Of a DNA stretch of 64,000 nt, positions 39,701-53,526 are shown one piece after another (the first letter of the stretch is position 1; every line of letters starts with the position of its first letter). The stretch comes from Eledone cirrhosa (Eukaryota). The translations under genes and the position numbers were made by a program. The notes under the pieces were generated by a model. It saw nothing but the letters and a program-made list of their open reading frames with translations. It was not told the origin of the DNA and searched no databases. The stretch covers positions 221,278,001 to 221,342,000 of the forward strand of contig OZ024742.1 of the NCBI GenBank assembly GCA_964016885.1, given 5' to 3'.

Positions 39701-40005
39701 AATAAAGGAGTGAAGTAAGACATAATAACAGTTTATGTAATGCTCAAATCTAATTTTCACCTCTATATTTCTAACTTACATTGTACTGGCTTTCCCTAAA
39801 ATAATTTAACCACATATATCTCACAATCTCTAAGTCTAAAGTCTGTCTCAAACCAGGAGGCTCATCAGAATGGTGCTTATCCTAGTTTCGTGGTGTGAAG
39901 CGACTGAGAGTACAAGATTTCCCCCCTGGGCAGGATGCCAGTCCATCACAGGGTTAAATACTCAACTATATACTGGAGCAACATGAAATGAAGTGTTTTG
40001 CTCAA

Positions 40006-40742
40006 GTAATAATAATAATAATAATGAAATTATTGTGTACAGTGCTCAGGTGCATTACAACTCATCAAAGGTGCATGTATAGTACATAGAATAATGTACA
40101 AATGTCAGGAAAATGAACAGTGTACAAGTCATGATATACATGTGTGCATGTGTATGGAGGGGGGACATCAGGTGTAGTGTTGGCGAATCTCAAGAAGCAT
40201 GGAGGTTTTAAAGGATGCAGTGTCTCGACAGCTAACAACTGATGCAGGGAGTTTGTTCCATGCTTCAGCAACTCTGAGCGTAAAAAGATGTTTCCGAAGG
40301 TCATGGGAGCTATGCTGTTTTCTGACTTTGTAGGCAGGTCCATGTGTGTTAGACACATGGAAATCAAAAAGGTGCTCAGGGTTGTTGTTGGCAAGATGGT
40401 TAATGATTTTGTAGGTGTTTACCAAGTCAGTTGCAAGATGTCGGAGCTTCAATGTATCCATGCCCAGGGAAGCAAGGCGTTCAGAGTATGGTAGATGCTT
40501 GGTTTCACGTCTCTGAATAGTTTCCAGGAGGTCAATGTTCTGAGCAAGATAGGGGTTCCAGACTGGTGATGCAAATTCTAAGTGTGGCCGCACCATAGCT
40601 ATATACAGCTTTAAATAGATAGCTCGAGAGCAGCTGACAAAGGTCTTGCAGAGTGATGCTAAGACACCCTCGGCCTTCTTGACAATTTTAGCGATGTGCT
40701 TCGTCCAACGCAAATCGCTGCTGTCAGTAATGCCCAGGTCAC
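40006..40742 (-). mobile_element. 5'-truncated CR1 LINE with (TTA)n tail, inserted in a minus-strand SINE (39845-40005 and 40743-40820)
   Basis: DLGI..SDLRW..H, MVRPHLEFASPVWNPY, FTLRVAEAWNKLP; SINE halves are contiguous across the insert. Confidence 0.88.
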
Positions 40743-41234
40743 ATAACAAACAACCCAGCCTAGGAATAGACCCCACAACGTTATGATCGTAAGTCCCACA
40801 TCTTTACCACTAGGCCACAATGTTTCATATAAAATATAAAACTTTGTTTACATAACACATCAGAAAACTCTATTTACTATCATATTGTTTTTGAAAAAGA
40901 GGTCTTAATTCCCAAATAAAACAAAATATGAAATAAAAGTGCGAACTGTTGTTTTCTCTTATTTTACTCTCAATTCCATTCCTTTACATTATACTGGCTT
41001 TACTAAAACAATTTTAGCCACATATCATATAATGTTGCTCATAAATTCTGTTCATGGGTTCTGAACTCCTGTTGGAATCGTAAGGGTACCATTTTTTCAT
41101 TTAGTTCTTTCTTTACCATATTCTTAATGAAAGACACTGCCTATGATTTTCAAATAATTTTGAAAATAGTCAAACATTTACAGGGATTAACTAACTTCCC
41201 CAGCTGGTGTTCAGAACATAACTTAAAGGTTCTT

Positions 41235-41835
41235 CATCATCATCACTGTTTAATGTCCATTTCCATGCTAGCATGGGTTAGATGAGCTGTCTCATTGTGA
41301 GACAAGCTAGGTTGGATGACCATTTTTGGCTCATACAAAACTGATTTTTGGCTTGGTTTCTATGACTGGATGCCCTTCCTAATGCCAACCACATTTAGAG
41401 TGTGTATTATGTGCTTTTTGTTGTGACACCTACATAACCACTTTACAGTGTGTCGTGGGTGCTTTTTGTCGTGACACCTACACGACCACTTTACAGTATT
41501 GGCTGGGAACTTTTTGTCATGTCACAAACATAACCACTTTAGAGTGTGGACTGGGTGCTTTTTGTCATGTCACCAACAAACTGATCACTTTACATTGTGG
41601 ACTGGGAACTTGGGTGGGGGAGTTGCATGGGGCGTGGGGATGTAGATCTAGGGGCATGGGTAAGGGGTGGGGATGTTAGGACGTGGGTGGAGTGTTAGGA
41701 CGTGGGAGGGATGTTACAGCATGAGATATGTATGGAAGGGGTGAAGAAGGGGAAGATGGTGCGTACTAGATGTATGCCTCAACCGATGCACATGGGAAGG
41801 CAGGTCTTCTGTATTACTGCATACCACCAGAGATC
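41235..41835 (-). mobile_element. 3' end of a PHD-RTE-related element with ~4-5 copies of the 48-bp unit
   Basis: (GAT)n tail, GGAAGGGCATCCAG segment, homology to 43992-46115. Confidence 0.75.
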
Positions 41836-42029
41836 ACAGTTATTACATAAAATAACAGAAAATTTTTACATAAATATAATCACTTTTAACTTTTCATTAA
41901 TCATATTTATCAAGATGAAATTATTACTATTGACTCTTCCATTACCCGATTTCTACTAATAATAAAATACACGGTGGTATGATGGTCAAATATTTTTTTA
42001 AATAATCAAGGATTTGGAATCAGTTCAGT

Positions 42030-42470
42030 GTTCGTGCCTACACTTACTTATGGTCATCAACCTTAGGTAATGACTGAAAGAATGCAATCATGAATTCAAA
42101 TGGCCAAAATGGATTTCCTGCTAAGGATCTTTAGAGTAACGCGACCTGATAGGGTGAGTAGCTTGGAGATCAGGGAGTCGCTTCAGGTTGATTTGCTACT
42201 TCTTTGAATCAAGAGATCACAGCTCTGGTACTATTGATATATGGTTAGAATGTCTAAGGAAAGAATCGCTGGAGAAATTTTACAGACAAAGTCAATTGGC
42301 AGGAGCCCGAGAGGTAGACCATGTGCAAGATGGCTGGATAACACCCAGTCTTTCTTGGGAATCCAGTCAAATCATTTGGAGGTTGTTACTTCTAATATAA
42401 TACTCTGGAAGGCATGTCTGAAGATTCTACTTCCATGATCCTCCCAGGAATAAATGGGTGAAGAAAAGAG
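42030..42470 (+). mobile_element. RTE LINE 3' fragment (unamplified counterpart of 18030-19612)
   Basis: MVRMSKERIAGEILQTKSIGRSPRGRP; a single copy of the 65-bp unit. Confidence 0.8.
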
Positions 42471-42703
42471 GAACTTAGAGGGATTTAGTGATATAATTTT
42501 CATATTATTAAGCTGTTACTTGGAACATTAACTTAATAAGGGTTCTTATATAAAATTATAATGAAAGGTTTTTAAAGAAATATAGACATTTTAAAATAGT
42601 TTTGTGTCAGAGATCCATGGGTGTTTTCAGGTGGTTTGGTATTAAAAGGATTAAACTTGTTAGAACCCATCCCTCTCCAGGTTTGATTTCTGAGCGATAG
42701 AGT

Positions 42704-42751
<48 letters not shown>

Positions 42752-43174
42752 GTGAGGGAGAGAGAGACATTTTATTGTATTTTACAAAGAACCAAGAAAG
42801 ATTATGTCCCTAAGCAAATCGTTTGATTGAACACAAACATCCAGAATTATATACCTGCTGGTACATGTCAAGTACGAATATGTATAAATCTTACTCACCT
42901 CATAAGTTTTAGTTATGGATTCAATTGTAAAAATTTCATGTGAATTAATTTTTATACATTTGTATTTTTGAGATACTCTTTTGTAAGTATATTTTTTGTT
43001 TTGCCTTGACTTTATCGTGGCTAATTAATGGTGAATTGGCAGAATTGTTAGAATATTAGATTAAATACCTCTTCGTGTTTCTTCCAGCTATCAGAGTGTT
43101 CTTGCTATAAAATGGATGAACATGTTATAAAAAACTCATGATACAAAACACAACATGCATCGATTATAACTATA

Positions 43175-43890
43175 AACTCATAATTAGAATATACTACAGA
43201 CTCATAGAATATACCAACTACGAATGCATAGTTAGAATATACCACATACTCATAGTTAGAATATACTACAAACTTATAGTTAGAATATACTACAGACTCA
43301 TAGTTAGAATATACTACAGACTTATAGTTAGAATATACTACAGACTCATAGTTAGAATATACTACAGACTCATAGTTAGAATATACTACAGACTTATAGT
43401 TAGAATATACTACAGATTCATAGTTAGAATATACTACAGACTCATAGTTAGAGTATACTACAGACTCATAGTTAGAATATACTACAGACTCATAGTTAGA
43501 ATATACTACAAACTCATTGTTAGAATATACTACAGACTCATAGTTAGAGTATACTACAGACTCATAGTTAGAATATACTACAGACTCATAGTTAGAGTAT
43601 ACTATAGACTCATAGTTAGAGTATACTACAGACTCATAGTTAGAATATACTACAAACTCATTGTTAGAATATACTACAGACTCATAGTTAGAATATACTA
43701 CAGACTCATAGTTAGAATATACTACAAACTCATTGTTAGAATATACTACAGACTCATAGTTAGAATATACTACAGACTTATAGTTAGAATATACTACAGA
43801 CTCATAGTTAGAGTATACTACAGACTCATAGTTAGAATATACTACAAACTCATTGTTAGAATATACTACAGACTCATAGTTAGAATATAC
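43175..43890. repeat. 24-bp minisatellite, ~30 copies
   Basis: Unit ATACTACAGACTCATAGTTAGAAT. Confidence 0.97.
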
Positions 43891-44158
43891 AACAAAAATA
43901 CCCACCTCCCTTCCAAAAAAAACAACAACAAAGAAAGAAACAAAAAACTTTTTCATCAACATGAAACCACAGAATGTACTGCACATAACCAATCATCATC
44001 ATCATCATCATCCCCACCATTTAATATCCATTTTCTATGCTAGCATGGGTTAAATGAGTTGTCCTGTTGTGAGACAAGCCAGGTTGGAAGACTGTGTCTT
44101 GCTCATACATAACTGTTTCTGGCATGGTTTCTATAGCTGGATGCCTTTCCTAATGCCA

Positions 44159-45909
44159 ACCACATATACAGTGTGGACTGGGTTCTTTTTGTCGTGACAG
44201 CTACACAACCACTTTACAGTGAGGACTGGGTTCTTTTTGTCCTGACAGCTACACAACCACTTTACAGTGTGGACTGGGTTCTTTTTGTAATGACAGCTAC
44301 ACAACCGCTTTACAGTGTGGACTGGGTTCTTTTTGTCATGACAGCTACACAACCACTTTACAGTGTGGACTGGGTTCTTTTTGTCGTGACAGCTACACAA
44401 CCACTTTACATTGTGGACTGGGTTCTTTTTGTCCTGACAGCTACACAACCACTTTACAGTGTGGACTGGGTTCTTTTTGTCGTGACAGCTACACAACCAC
44501 TTTACAGTGTGGACTGGGTTCTTTTTGTCGTGACAGCTACACAACCACTTTACAGTGTGGACTGGGTTCTTTTTGTCGTGACAGCTACACAACCACTTTA
44601 CAGTGTGGACTGGGTTCTTTTTGTCGTGACAGCTACACAACCACTTTACAGTGTGGACTGGGTTCTTTTTGTCGTGACAGCTACACAACCACTTTACAGT
44701 GTGGACTGGGTTCTTTTTGTCATGACAGCTACACAACCACTTTACAGTGTGGACTGGGTTCTTTTTGTCATGACAGCTATACAACCACTTTACAGTGTGG
44801 ACTGGGTTCTTTTTGTTGTGACAGCTACACAACCACTTTACAGTGTGGACTGGGTTCTTTTTGTCGTGACAGCTACACAACCACTTTACAGTGTGGACTG
44901 GGTTCTTTTTGTCGTGACAGCTACACAACCACTTTACAGTGTGGACTGGGTTCTTTCTGTCCTGACAGCTACACAACCACTTTACAGTGTGGACTGGGTT
45001 CTTTTTGTCGTGACAGCTACACAACCACTTTACAGTGTGGACTGGGTTCTTTTTGTCGTGACAGCTACACAACCACTTTACAGTGTGGACTGGGTTCTTT
45101 TTGTCATGACAGCTACACAACCACTTTACAGTGTGGACTGGGTTCTTTTTGTCGTGACAGCTATACAACCACTTTACAGTGTGGACTGGGTTCTTTTTGT
45201 CGTGACAGCTATACAACCACTTTACAGTGTGGACTGGGTTCTTTTTGTTGTGACAGCTACACAACCACTATACAGTGTGGACTGGGTTCTTTTTGTCGTG
45301 ACAGCTACACAACTACTTTACAGTGTGGACTGGGCGCTTTTTGTCGTGACAGCTACACAATCGCTTTACAGTGTGGACTGGGCGCTTTTTGTCGTGACAG
45401 CTACACAACCGCTTTACAGTGTGGACTGGGCTCTTTTTGTCGTGACAGCTACACAACCGCTTTACAGTGTGGACTGGGCGCTTTTTGTCGTGACAGCTAC
45501 ACAACCGCTTTACAGTGTGGACTGGGCGCTTTTTGTCGTGACAGCTACACAACCGCTTTACAGTGTGGACTGGGCGCTTTTTGTCGTGACAGCTACACAA
45601 CCGCTTTACAGTGTGGCCTGGGTGCTTTTTGTCGTGACACCTACATGACCACTTTACAGTGTGGACTGGGCACTTTTTGTCGTGATACCTACATGACCAC
45701 TTTACAGTGTGGACTGGGTTCTTTTTGTCGTGACAGCTACACAACCACTTTACAGTGTGGACTGGGTTCTTTTTGTCGTGACAGCTACACAACCACTTTA
45801 CAGTGTGGACTGGGTTCTTTTTGTCGTGACAGCTACACAACCACTTTACAGTGTGGACTGGGCACTTTTTGTCGTGACACCTACATGACCACTTTACAGT
45901 GTGGACTGG
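44159..45909. repeat. 48-bp minisatellite, ~36 copies, within an RTE-related 3' UTR (43992-46115, minus)
   Basis: Unit ACCACTTTACAGTGTGGACTGGGTTCTTTTTGTCGTGACAGCTACACA; flanks match the LINE 3' UTR. Confidence 0.97.
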
Positions 45910-46126
45910 GGATGTAGGTGGGGTAGGTGCATGGGGATTGGGAAGATAAATTTAGGGTAATTGGTAAGGAATAGGGGCGTTGGGGGTTGGGTGGAGTGTT
46001 AGGATGTGGGTGGGGTGTTAGAACACAGGAGGTGTATGGGAGGGGTGATGGAGGAGAAGGTGGCACATACTAGATGTATGCCTCAACTCCTGCACATGAG
46101 AAGGTGGGTCTTCTGTATATATATAT

Positions 46127-46202
<76 letters not shown>

Positions 46203-46534
46203 CCACCCCAGATACATTGTTATATACACGAATGCAATCTAATAGAAAGCAATGTAAACGTTGCACAAAATGAGACGGATCAGATCACACCTGTTCCAAA
46301 GAGAAGATAGTCAGATAATGAGATTAGATATCAGTAGTTCTCTAATATCACACCTGTTGCTGTAATTGAATTACTCTCATACACACAGGTAAAACACAAA
46401 TACAACAGGTGGTAACATTGAACATCTCTACTAATAACAAGGTTCTACATTACATATCAATACTCCATAATCTATATTGAATATTACTTTTTCTTTCTGT
46501 CCTCTCTTATGCTTGTTCATATATATATATATAT

Positions 46535-47543
46535 CATCATCATCATCATCGTTTAACGTCTATCTTCCATGCTAGCATGGGTTTAGACAGGAATTGTCCC
46601 ACATGAGGCAAGATTGGTTGTCTTGCTCGTATAGGACTGTCTGGCAGGTTTTCAACGGCTGGATGCCCTTCCTAACACCAACCACGTTTACAGTGTGGAC
46701 TGGGAGGTTTTTACCGTGTTACCTACACGGCCATATTAGAGCGTGGATTGTGTGTTTTTTTGTCGTGACACCTACATAACCTCATTTATTTAGGACTGGA
46801 TGTTGTGGTACCAACATAACTTTACAGAGAAAGTGGTGGTGTAGATGGGGGTGGGGGTAGGGGTGGTGGGATGGGGGTGTATTTTTGGTTAGGAGGTGCC
46901 TACTGACTGTAGGTTTCACTTTGTACCTCGGCAAGGCGAGTCTTCTGTATTACTGCGTAGCGCCAAAGATCTCGGTCCAGTGACATTGTCTTGGAGAGGT
47001 GTAAGTGTGTAAGGTCGGAGTTTATCAAATCGTCCCAGGTTTTTCTGGGTCTGCCTACTCCGTAGCTTCCATCTATTTTGATCGCCCTGCACTTTTTTAT
47101 ACAGCTGTCATCTTTCATGCGCATCATGTAGACATACCAACGTAGTCTTCTCTCGAGTAAACAGCATCTGATCCCTCTTATTCCTAATTTCTCACTTAGT
47201 TCATTTATGCTTTGCCGTTCACGTATATTACTATTACAACGGAGCATGCAAGCTTCGTTCCTCTCCAGTCTGCGCAGATCCTCTGCACACAATGCCCAGG
47301 TCTCACTGCCATGTAACATTGCTGTTCGTATGCAGGCATCATACAGTCTGCCTTTCATTTTTAGGGAGAAACCTTTAGCGGCCAATAGTGGTATAAGCTC
47401 TCTGAACTTTTTCCATCCCGTTATAACTCTAGCTACTGTACTTTCAGAGCACCCTCCACCACTGCTGATTTTGTCACTCAGGTAATGGAAGGTGTCCACT
47501 ATTTCTATAGAACCATCTGGGCAATGGAAAGAGCTAGTATCCT
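46535..47543 (-). mobile_element. 5'-truncated PHD-RTE LINE
   Basis: High identity to 4683-5660; ORF 46900-47499; (GAT)n tail next to (TA)n. Confidence 0.92.
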
Positions 47544-47561
47544 GTACATGTATATATATAT

Positions 47562-50500
47562 ATCTATCTATCTAGGGCGGGTAAAATTCCCGAGATCCAT
47601 GGACGAGTTCTCTCCAGCGGTCTCTGTCCCTAATTATCGCTGCCATGTCCTGCGTCTACAACAGACCAGTGTCTGTCCTTAGGGCATCAACATACGTTAA
47701 CCTTGGTCTTCCTCTTCCAGTTTGTCCATGCAGGGGCTCCCACAGGAGCACTGAGTGCAGTGTCAACTCTGGATGTCGTTGAGCATGTCCAGGTAACCTC
47801 AATCTCCTCTGTGTCACTTTTGAGCTGACTTTTGGGAGGCTCCCATACAGCTCTGAGTTTTTCATCCTCAGTGTATACTGATTAATTTTCAGAGCCATCC
47901 TCAGCATTCTCGTGTAGCACCCATCCACCATCTGAGTGAGTTTCTTGGTCAGTGTCCAAGTCTCAGACCCATACAGCAGCACAGATTCCACTACAGCAAT
48001 GAAGAGGCAGGTCTTCACGAAGGTCCGACTTCCATACCGATCTCAAGCTGTGGCATGCCGCCCAGGCTTTCTCTTCCTCTCAACCACATCATCTTCCGTA
48101 TTCCCAATCTTTGCTCCCAAGTTGAGGAAATCCTCAATTAATTCCAGCGGCTTCCCGCCTACATTAGTAATCCCCTCTGGCTTCTCAACATTCTCTACCA
48201 AACATTTTGTCTTAGTCTCATTCATTCTCAGCCCCACACTCATCGACACAGTCTCAAGTTCCTGCATCAAATCCTCTGCCTCCTTCATTGTAATTGTCAT
48301 CAAATCTATGTCGTCGGCAAATTCAGCATCCAATATCTTTTTCGCCTTAACTCTCCTGCTCTGAGCCGGTGTTACAGTAAAGCCAGAGTCTTGGTGTTTC
48401 TCCAGTGCAAGGTGCATACAATAGTCCACTACGATGATAAAAAGGTAGGGAGCCAATGTATCTCCCTGGAGCACTCCAGCCAGTCTCTCAAAGAACTCTG
48501 TCATCCCATCAAGTGTAATGACTTGGGCTTTGGTGTTGGTGTAGAGAAGTGATATCAGGTCCACTATCTTCTTGGGGATTCCATAAGCCTGTAAGATCTT
48601 CATCAGGCAGTGATGGTCCACAGAATCAAAGGCCTTCCTAAAGTCAATGAAAACCATGACCGCAGGAAGGCACTTTGCTCTAGCTCCCTCTAATATCCTC
48701 CTCAGCATCAGGATGTGACTGGTGGTTGATCTTCCTTCTCTGAAGCCGTTCTGGTTGTCCCTGAGCTTCTTCTACATCTCGGGCTGGATCCTGTTAAGAA
48801 TCATCCTGTTGAGGGTCTTTGCCACAAATGACGTCAGTGAGATCCCCCTGTAGTTGTTGGTGTTAAAGAGACCTCCCTTCTTTGGCACTGGGACGATGTT
48901 ACTGATCCTCCATTTATTCGGGGCAACTCCTTTCTCCAGTGCCTGGTTACAGAACCCCAGGATGATATCATCAAAATCAAACCTCTTCATAACCTCTGAT
49001 GCCACTCCATTCTCCCCATGAGCCTTGATCTTCTTCTTGGCTCTCTGAAGCTCCTCTCTGGTGAAGGGCTCTGACTCAATATCCCGTTCTTCAAACAGCT
49101 GCCTGATCTCCCCAGTGTTCTGGACTGTGGAGGGCGGCTCTCCTAGTAGGGTCCTAAAATGGTCTAGCCATTTCCCCTTTCTATCCTCGGGCCCTGTTCC
49201 CTGGATCTGACTCGAACACCTCTTCGTCCCTGTGATCTGCCAACCGCTCTCTCCACACTTCTGATCTTCTCTATCAGTGCCTCCTCTCTGGCCTCAGTGT
49301 AAGCGGTACAGAGTTCTTTCCTCATCACTTCCACATTCTCCTTCCTCTCCTCCATAGGATCAGCATAGAATTGGTCCTTGGCAGCTTTCAGGTGTTCTCT
49401 GGATGCACACACTTTTGGGTCTGCAGAGCTGACGTGCTTCCTTTTGTTCTTTCTCCTTGGCACCAGGGTTTCACTTGCTTCCGCCACTGCATTCGTGAAG
49501 TACCTGTACCTCTCATCACACTATCTTCAGTCCATTCAATCTCTCTCTCCTCTGTCTCTCCACACAGAGCACTGAACCTGTTCCTCACTTCCACTGTGAA
49601 CCTCTCCTGTAGCTTATCATCTCCCCAGTCATAGATTGCTCTCCGGGCCGAGCCTTGCTCTTTCTTAAGCTCACCCGGACCTCACTCATAACAAGCCGGT
49701 GGCCACTACCCAGTGTACTGAAATAGTTGTATGATTCTGTGCTCAGAACACTATTCCGCCACTTTTTCCTCACCAGAATGAAATCAATCTGGGACTTGGA
49801 CAAGTGCATATCTGAGATGTAGGTCCACATCTTCCCCGGATTCTTCCTAAACCTTAGGTTGGTCGCTATCAAGTTCGCCTCCAGCAGGGTGTCTCTCAGT
49901 AGTCTTCCATTTCGGTTGGTGTTGTTATGGAAGTACCAGCAAGGATCTTGACTGCCCTCCTTACTCAGATGTGCATTGAAGTCCCCCCAAACAAGCAGGA
50001 TGTTGTGTGCTTGAGTGGTGTTGACAGCTCTACACACCTCCTCATGGAACTCTTCCGCACTCACATCACTGTCTCCCTCGGTTGGACTATAGGCTGAGAT
50101 GACTGTCAGTCTTGGGTTTCCATTGAAGGTCACCCTCAACACTCGCGGGGAGACAGGCATTATTTCCCTCACCAATAGACTGGTTTTTGTGCTGAAAACA
50201 AAACCCACTCCTCCCACTGCAGCATTTGTTGTGTTCTTCACTGCCGATGTGGTGATGAGCTGGCTCCTCTTCCCAATCATCACACTCCTCACGGGCTCAT
50301 CGTGTAGGATCCTATGTTCTTGGATTGCAAGTATCTGTATACCACTCTCCTCGAACAGATGACCCAACTCCCCTCTCTTCTACAGCGTCCGAATAGTCCC
50401 CACATTCAAAGTGCCCATTTTGATGGCTCTTCTGCAGGACAAAACTGCATTCTTTATATTTGTCTCAGAGACAACTGATCCATCATCCACTGGCCCTCCC

Positions 50501-50773
50501 TGTGGCTCTAAGTCATAATGACCAGACTGCTCCTTGACAGTGTAGTTAGGGGCTCTAACCCTAGTGCTGTTAGATAGACTCTCCATATTTCTTTTCAATG
50601 GCTGACAATACCTTACCGGCGCCACTCGAATAGGGTAATTATTTAACCCATAAACTACTACTCCGGGCCAGAGCAGACCTAGGAGTTATGACAACTAAAG
50701 GGTAACTCCACATTCCCCACAGCTCCTGAACTCCCGAACTGGAGCCTTGCCACTGGATGTAGTTTAATGTCAT
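47562..50773 (-). mobile_element. Near full-length RTE-clade LINE, second family, degenerate
   Basis: 5' UTR ~50630-50773; APE (TLNVGT, IQEHR, SAYSPT, GDFNAH, QIDFILVR); RT (NYRGISLTS, FIDFRKAFDS, GVLQGDTLAP, FADD); LLYGSETW, GRGRP; (TAGA)n tail; (TA)n flanks. Confidence 0.93.
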
Positions 50774-50779
50774 ATATGT

Positions 50780-50810
<31 letters not shown>

Positions 50811-50849
50811 CATATATTATATATATATATGTATATATATATGTATAAT

Positions 50850-50884
<35 letters not shown>

Positions 50885-51341
50885 ATTGTTCTCCCCGCTC
50901 CACATATGACGTATTATCTTCGTTTTTTCCGTTCATTGCCAGAGAACGTCTCTATGAACCACCTAATAGAATATTAGTCTACGACTTCTTTTAATCCATA
51001 AACGTGGTTTTGTCTTTGCGCGTAATTGTTTTTCACCGCTCCAAATAATGACGTATTATATTCGTTTTTTCCCCGTTCTTTGCCAGGGAACGTTTCCACG
51101 AACCAAAGTATCCTCTTCCTGTCTTCCTCAGGTTGCAACGTTTTTTGAAATATTCACTTCTGCGTTCACAGATTGACTTTGTTAGTTTCAGAAGATCCCG
51201 TTAAGGGTGAAAGCAGCGATTCTTTGCTTAAACTTTAATCTGTTATTTTAATAAATATTTGCTCTACGGTTCTTATATATTTGATATATATTTATCTTTA
51301 TCGAGCCCTCTTTGGATTTTAGTCTTCAAATTTATTATTAT

Positions 51342-51406
<65 letters not shown>

Positions 51407-51711
51407 TGTAATAAACAACATAAGGCAATTATTTCATTTACCAGTGGTTTCTTGAAAGCAAACAAATTTTGCTTTCAATCATCAGAATGAAAAAATCCTG
51501 GTGTATTTATTCACATTGGATTTTAAAAACAAAAATATAATCTATATGAAAGTGAGGCTGGAAAAGGAAGAAGGAAAGGAAAAATAAACACACACACACA
51601 CAATTACATACACACATATATATATATACACAGATATATATATATAATTTAGGAATTTATAAATTTCCGGTTGGTTGGTTGGTTCCACAACCAGATGATT
51701 GTTCATATATT

Positions 51712-51754
51712 GTCAAAGTTCTTTTGTCGCACATTCTGTGACCTCTTCAGTGAC
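51712..51754 (-). ncRNA. Type I hammerhead motif in the inverted pLTR (GAAA mutated to AAAA)
   Basis: GTCA-CTGAAGA-GGTCACAGAATGTGCGAC-AAAA-GAACTT-TGAC. Confidence 0.6.
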
Positions 51755-51841
51755 TGGGGATTCTTTTCTTTGTTTTTGTGCCTCTCCTTTGTTCTGTCCT
51801 ACGCCATCTTGTTTTTGTGTGTGTTGTGTGCTTAGTTTGGA

Positions 51842-52464
51842 TTTACAAACACACCGAGCATTATAATAAATGTTCGGTGAATCCATACGTACATATATAT
51901 GTGTGCATGTATGTATAAATATATATATACATACTACTGTACGTCTATATACATATATATGTACGTATACATACTTATATTTAAGTAACAGCCGTACTAA
52001 GAGTGAGAAATGAAATTTCGTTTCATTTTTTACATTTATCGTTTTCGGTACCCCGACCGATTAACTCACTTGATATGCAAATTAGGCTGCTCAGCCGTTA
52101 ATATGCACAAGGAAAGTATATACTTTCAGACGTTCAACCATCTGGCAGGAAGGTATACGTTGCTGACGATAGCTAATAAGCTTGAAACTAGTACAGCGTT
52201 CCTTTGTCAGTGTTGAACAAATGAGGAACGATGGTTGCTAGACACTGTACGGCTTAATTCGGGATGTTTGTTTACAAACACACCGAGCATTATAATAAAT
52301 GTTCGGTGAATCCATACGTACATATATATATGTGTGCATGTATGTATATATATATATATACATACTACTGTACGTCTGTATACATATATGTATGTACGTA
52401 TACATACTTATATTTAAGTAACAGCCGTACTAAGAGTGAGAAATGAAATTTCGTTTCATTTTTT
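51842..52464 (+). repeat. Partial tandem (1.45x) of a ~430-bp structured unit containing a hammerhead; retrozyme- or pLTR-like
   Basis: 51842-52031 repeated at 52271-52464; hammerhead lies between the two copies. Confidence 0.8.
52157..52199 (+). ncRNA. Type I hammerhead ribozyme, intact core
   Basis: Stem I ACGTTG/CAGCGT, CTGACGA, stem II AGCT-AATA-AGCT, GAAA, palindromic CTAG stem III, GTA cleavage triplet (cut after 52193). Confidence 0.85.
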
Positions 52465-53390
52465 CCGTTTATATATATATATATATACCCCCACACCCTT
52501 CTCTCCCCGTTCCACCCACACCCTTTCTCACACACACACACATCCCACTAACACCTCTACTAATACACCCCACCCCCTCCTCACTCCAACTTTCACACCT
52601 ACCCATCCTCTCCCCTGTCCACCGCACCTCCGCACACACTGACACACCGACTTTCTTCACTTACCATTCTACCCGACTGCTGCTATGCCCTTATCTCTGA
52701 CCACCTCCCCGCACACATAGACACACAACCCTCCTCCTGTCTTGACCCTCTGACCACTTCCTGTTGCGCGCGCACCCCACATCTCCCCTCTTCCGACCAA
52801 TCTCTTCACGGATTACACATATTGAACATCGATCCCTAGAATCCACCACATCCCAAGGATATTACCCAGCATTCCACCACATCCTCTACGGAACTACCTT
52901 AAGGACTCACCCACTGACATACAGTAAAAAAAAATTTTTTCCCACATTCCACCTACATCCACAACACGCATAAACACCACATACACACGTGCGTACCACC
53001 ACATATTTACACACTCAGCCTCCGGAATCCTCTCCCCCATCCCTCCCCATCCACACACTCCGACCTACACCCCACCCCACACACACCTCTTCCTGAACAT
53101 GCAACCCCGTTCTTCCCCCAACTCTTACTTTCACATACACACACACACACGTACACCTACACACACACACCATCTTCAGCCCTCCCCGCCTCCCTCTCCT
53201 CACTCAACCCGCCACCACCCCTACACGCCCCACACCTTTCCACCACCTGTTTTACTTCATGTTTATTTTTATTTTTATTATGCTTTTATATTTAATTTCA
53301 TTTGTACCGTTTCCTCTCACCCCCTTTTTTCTATATGTCTCTCCACCACTCCCCTACACACCCTTGGAACTCTCTTCCCACACACTTTTC

Positions 53391-53422
53391 ACCTGAAGAA
53401 GGGCTTATGCCCGAAACGTCGT
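53391..53422 (+). ncRNA. Minimal Penelope-type hammerhead motif at the 3' end of a C-rich PLE-like fragment (~52480-53510)
   Basis: AC-CTGAAGA-AGGGCTTATGCCC-GAAA-CGTC-GT; stem I only about 2 bp. Confidence 0.7.
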
Positions 53423-53526
53423 TCCCCACCACTACCCCACTCTCAAGAGCGTGAAACTAATAAACCTTTGTTCGTATTGCCTCTGTTTTGTTCCCGTTCA
53501 ATTTTTTTTACTATATATATATATAT

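Noticed and set aside
43105-45840. Long repetitive ORFs (295-491 aa)
   Set aside because: Produced by 24-bp and 48-bp units (multiples of 3), open on both strands; the 48-bp unit is retroelement UTR sequence
46218-46439. Solo LTR (TGTTAT...ATAACA)
   Set aside because: No target-site duplication, PBS or PPT, and no second copy in the window
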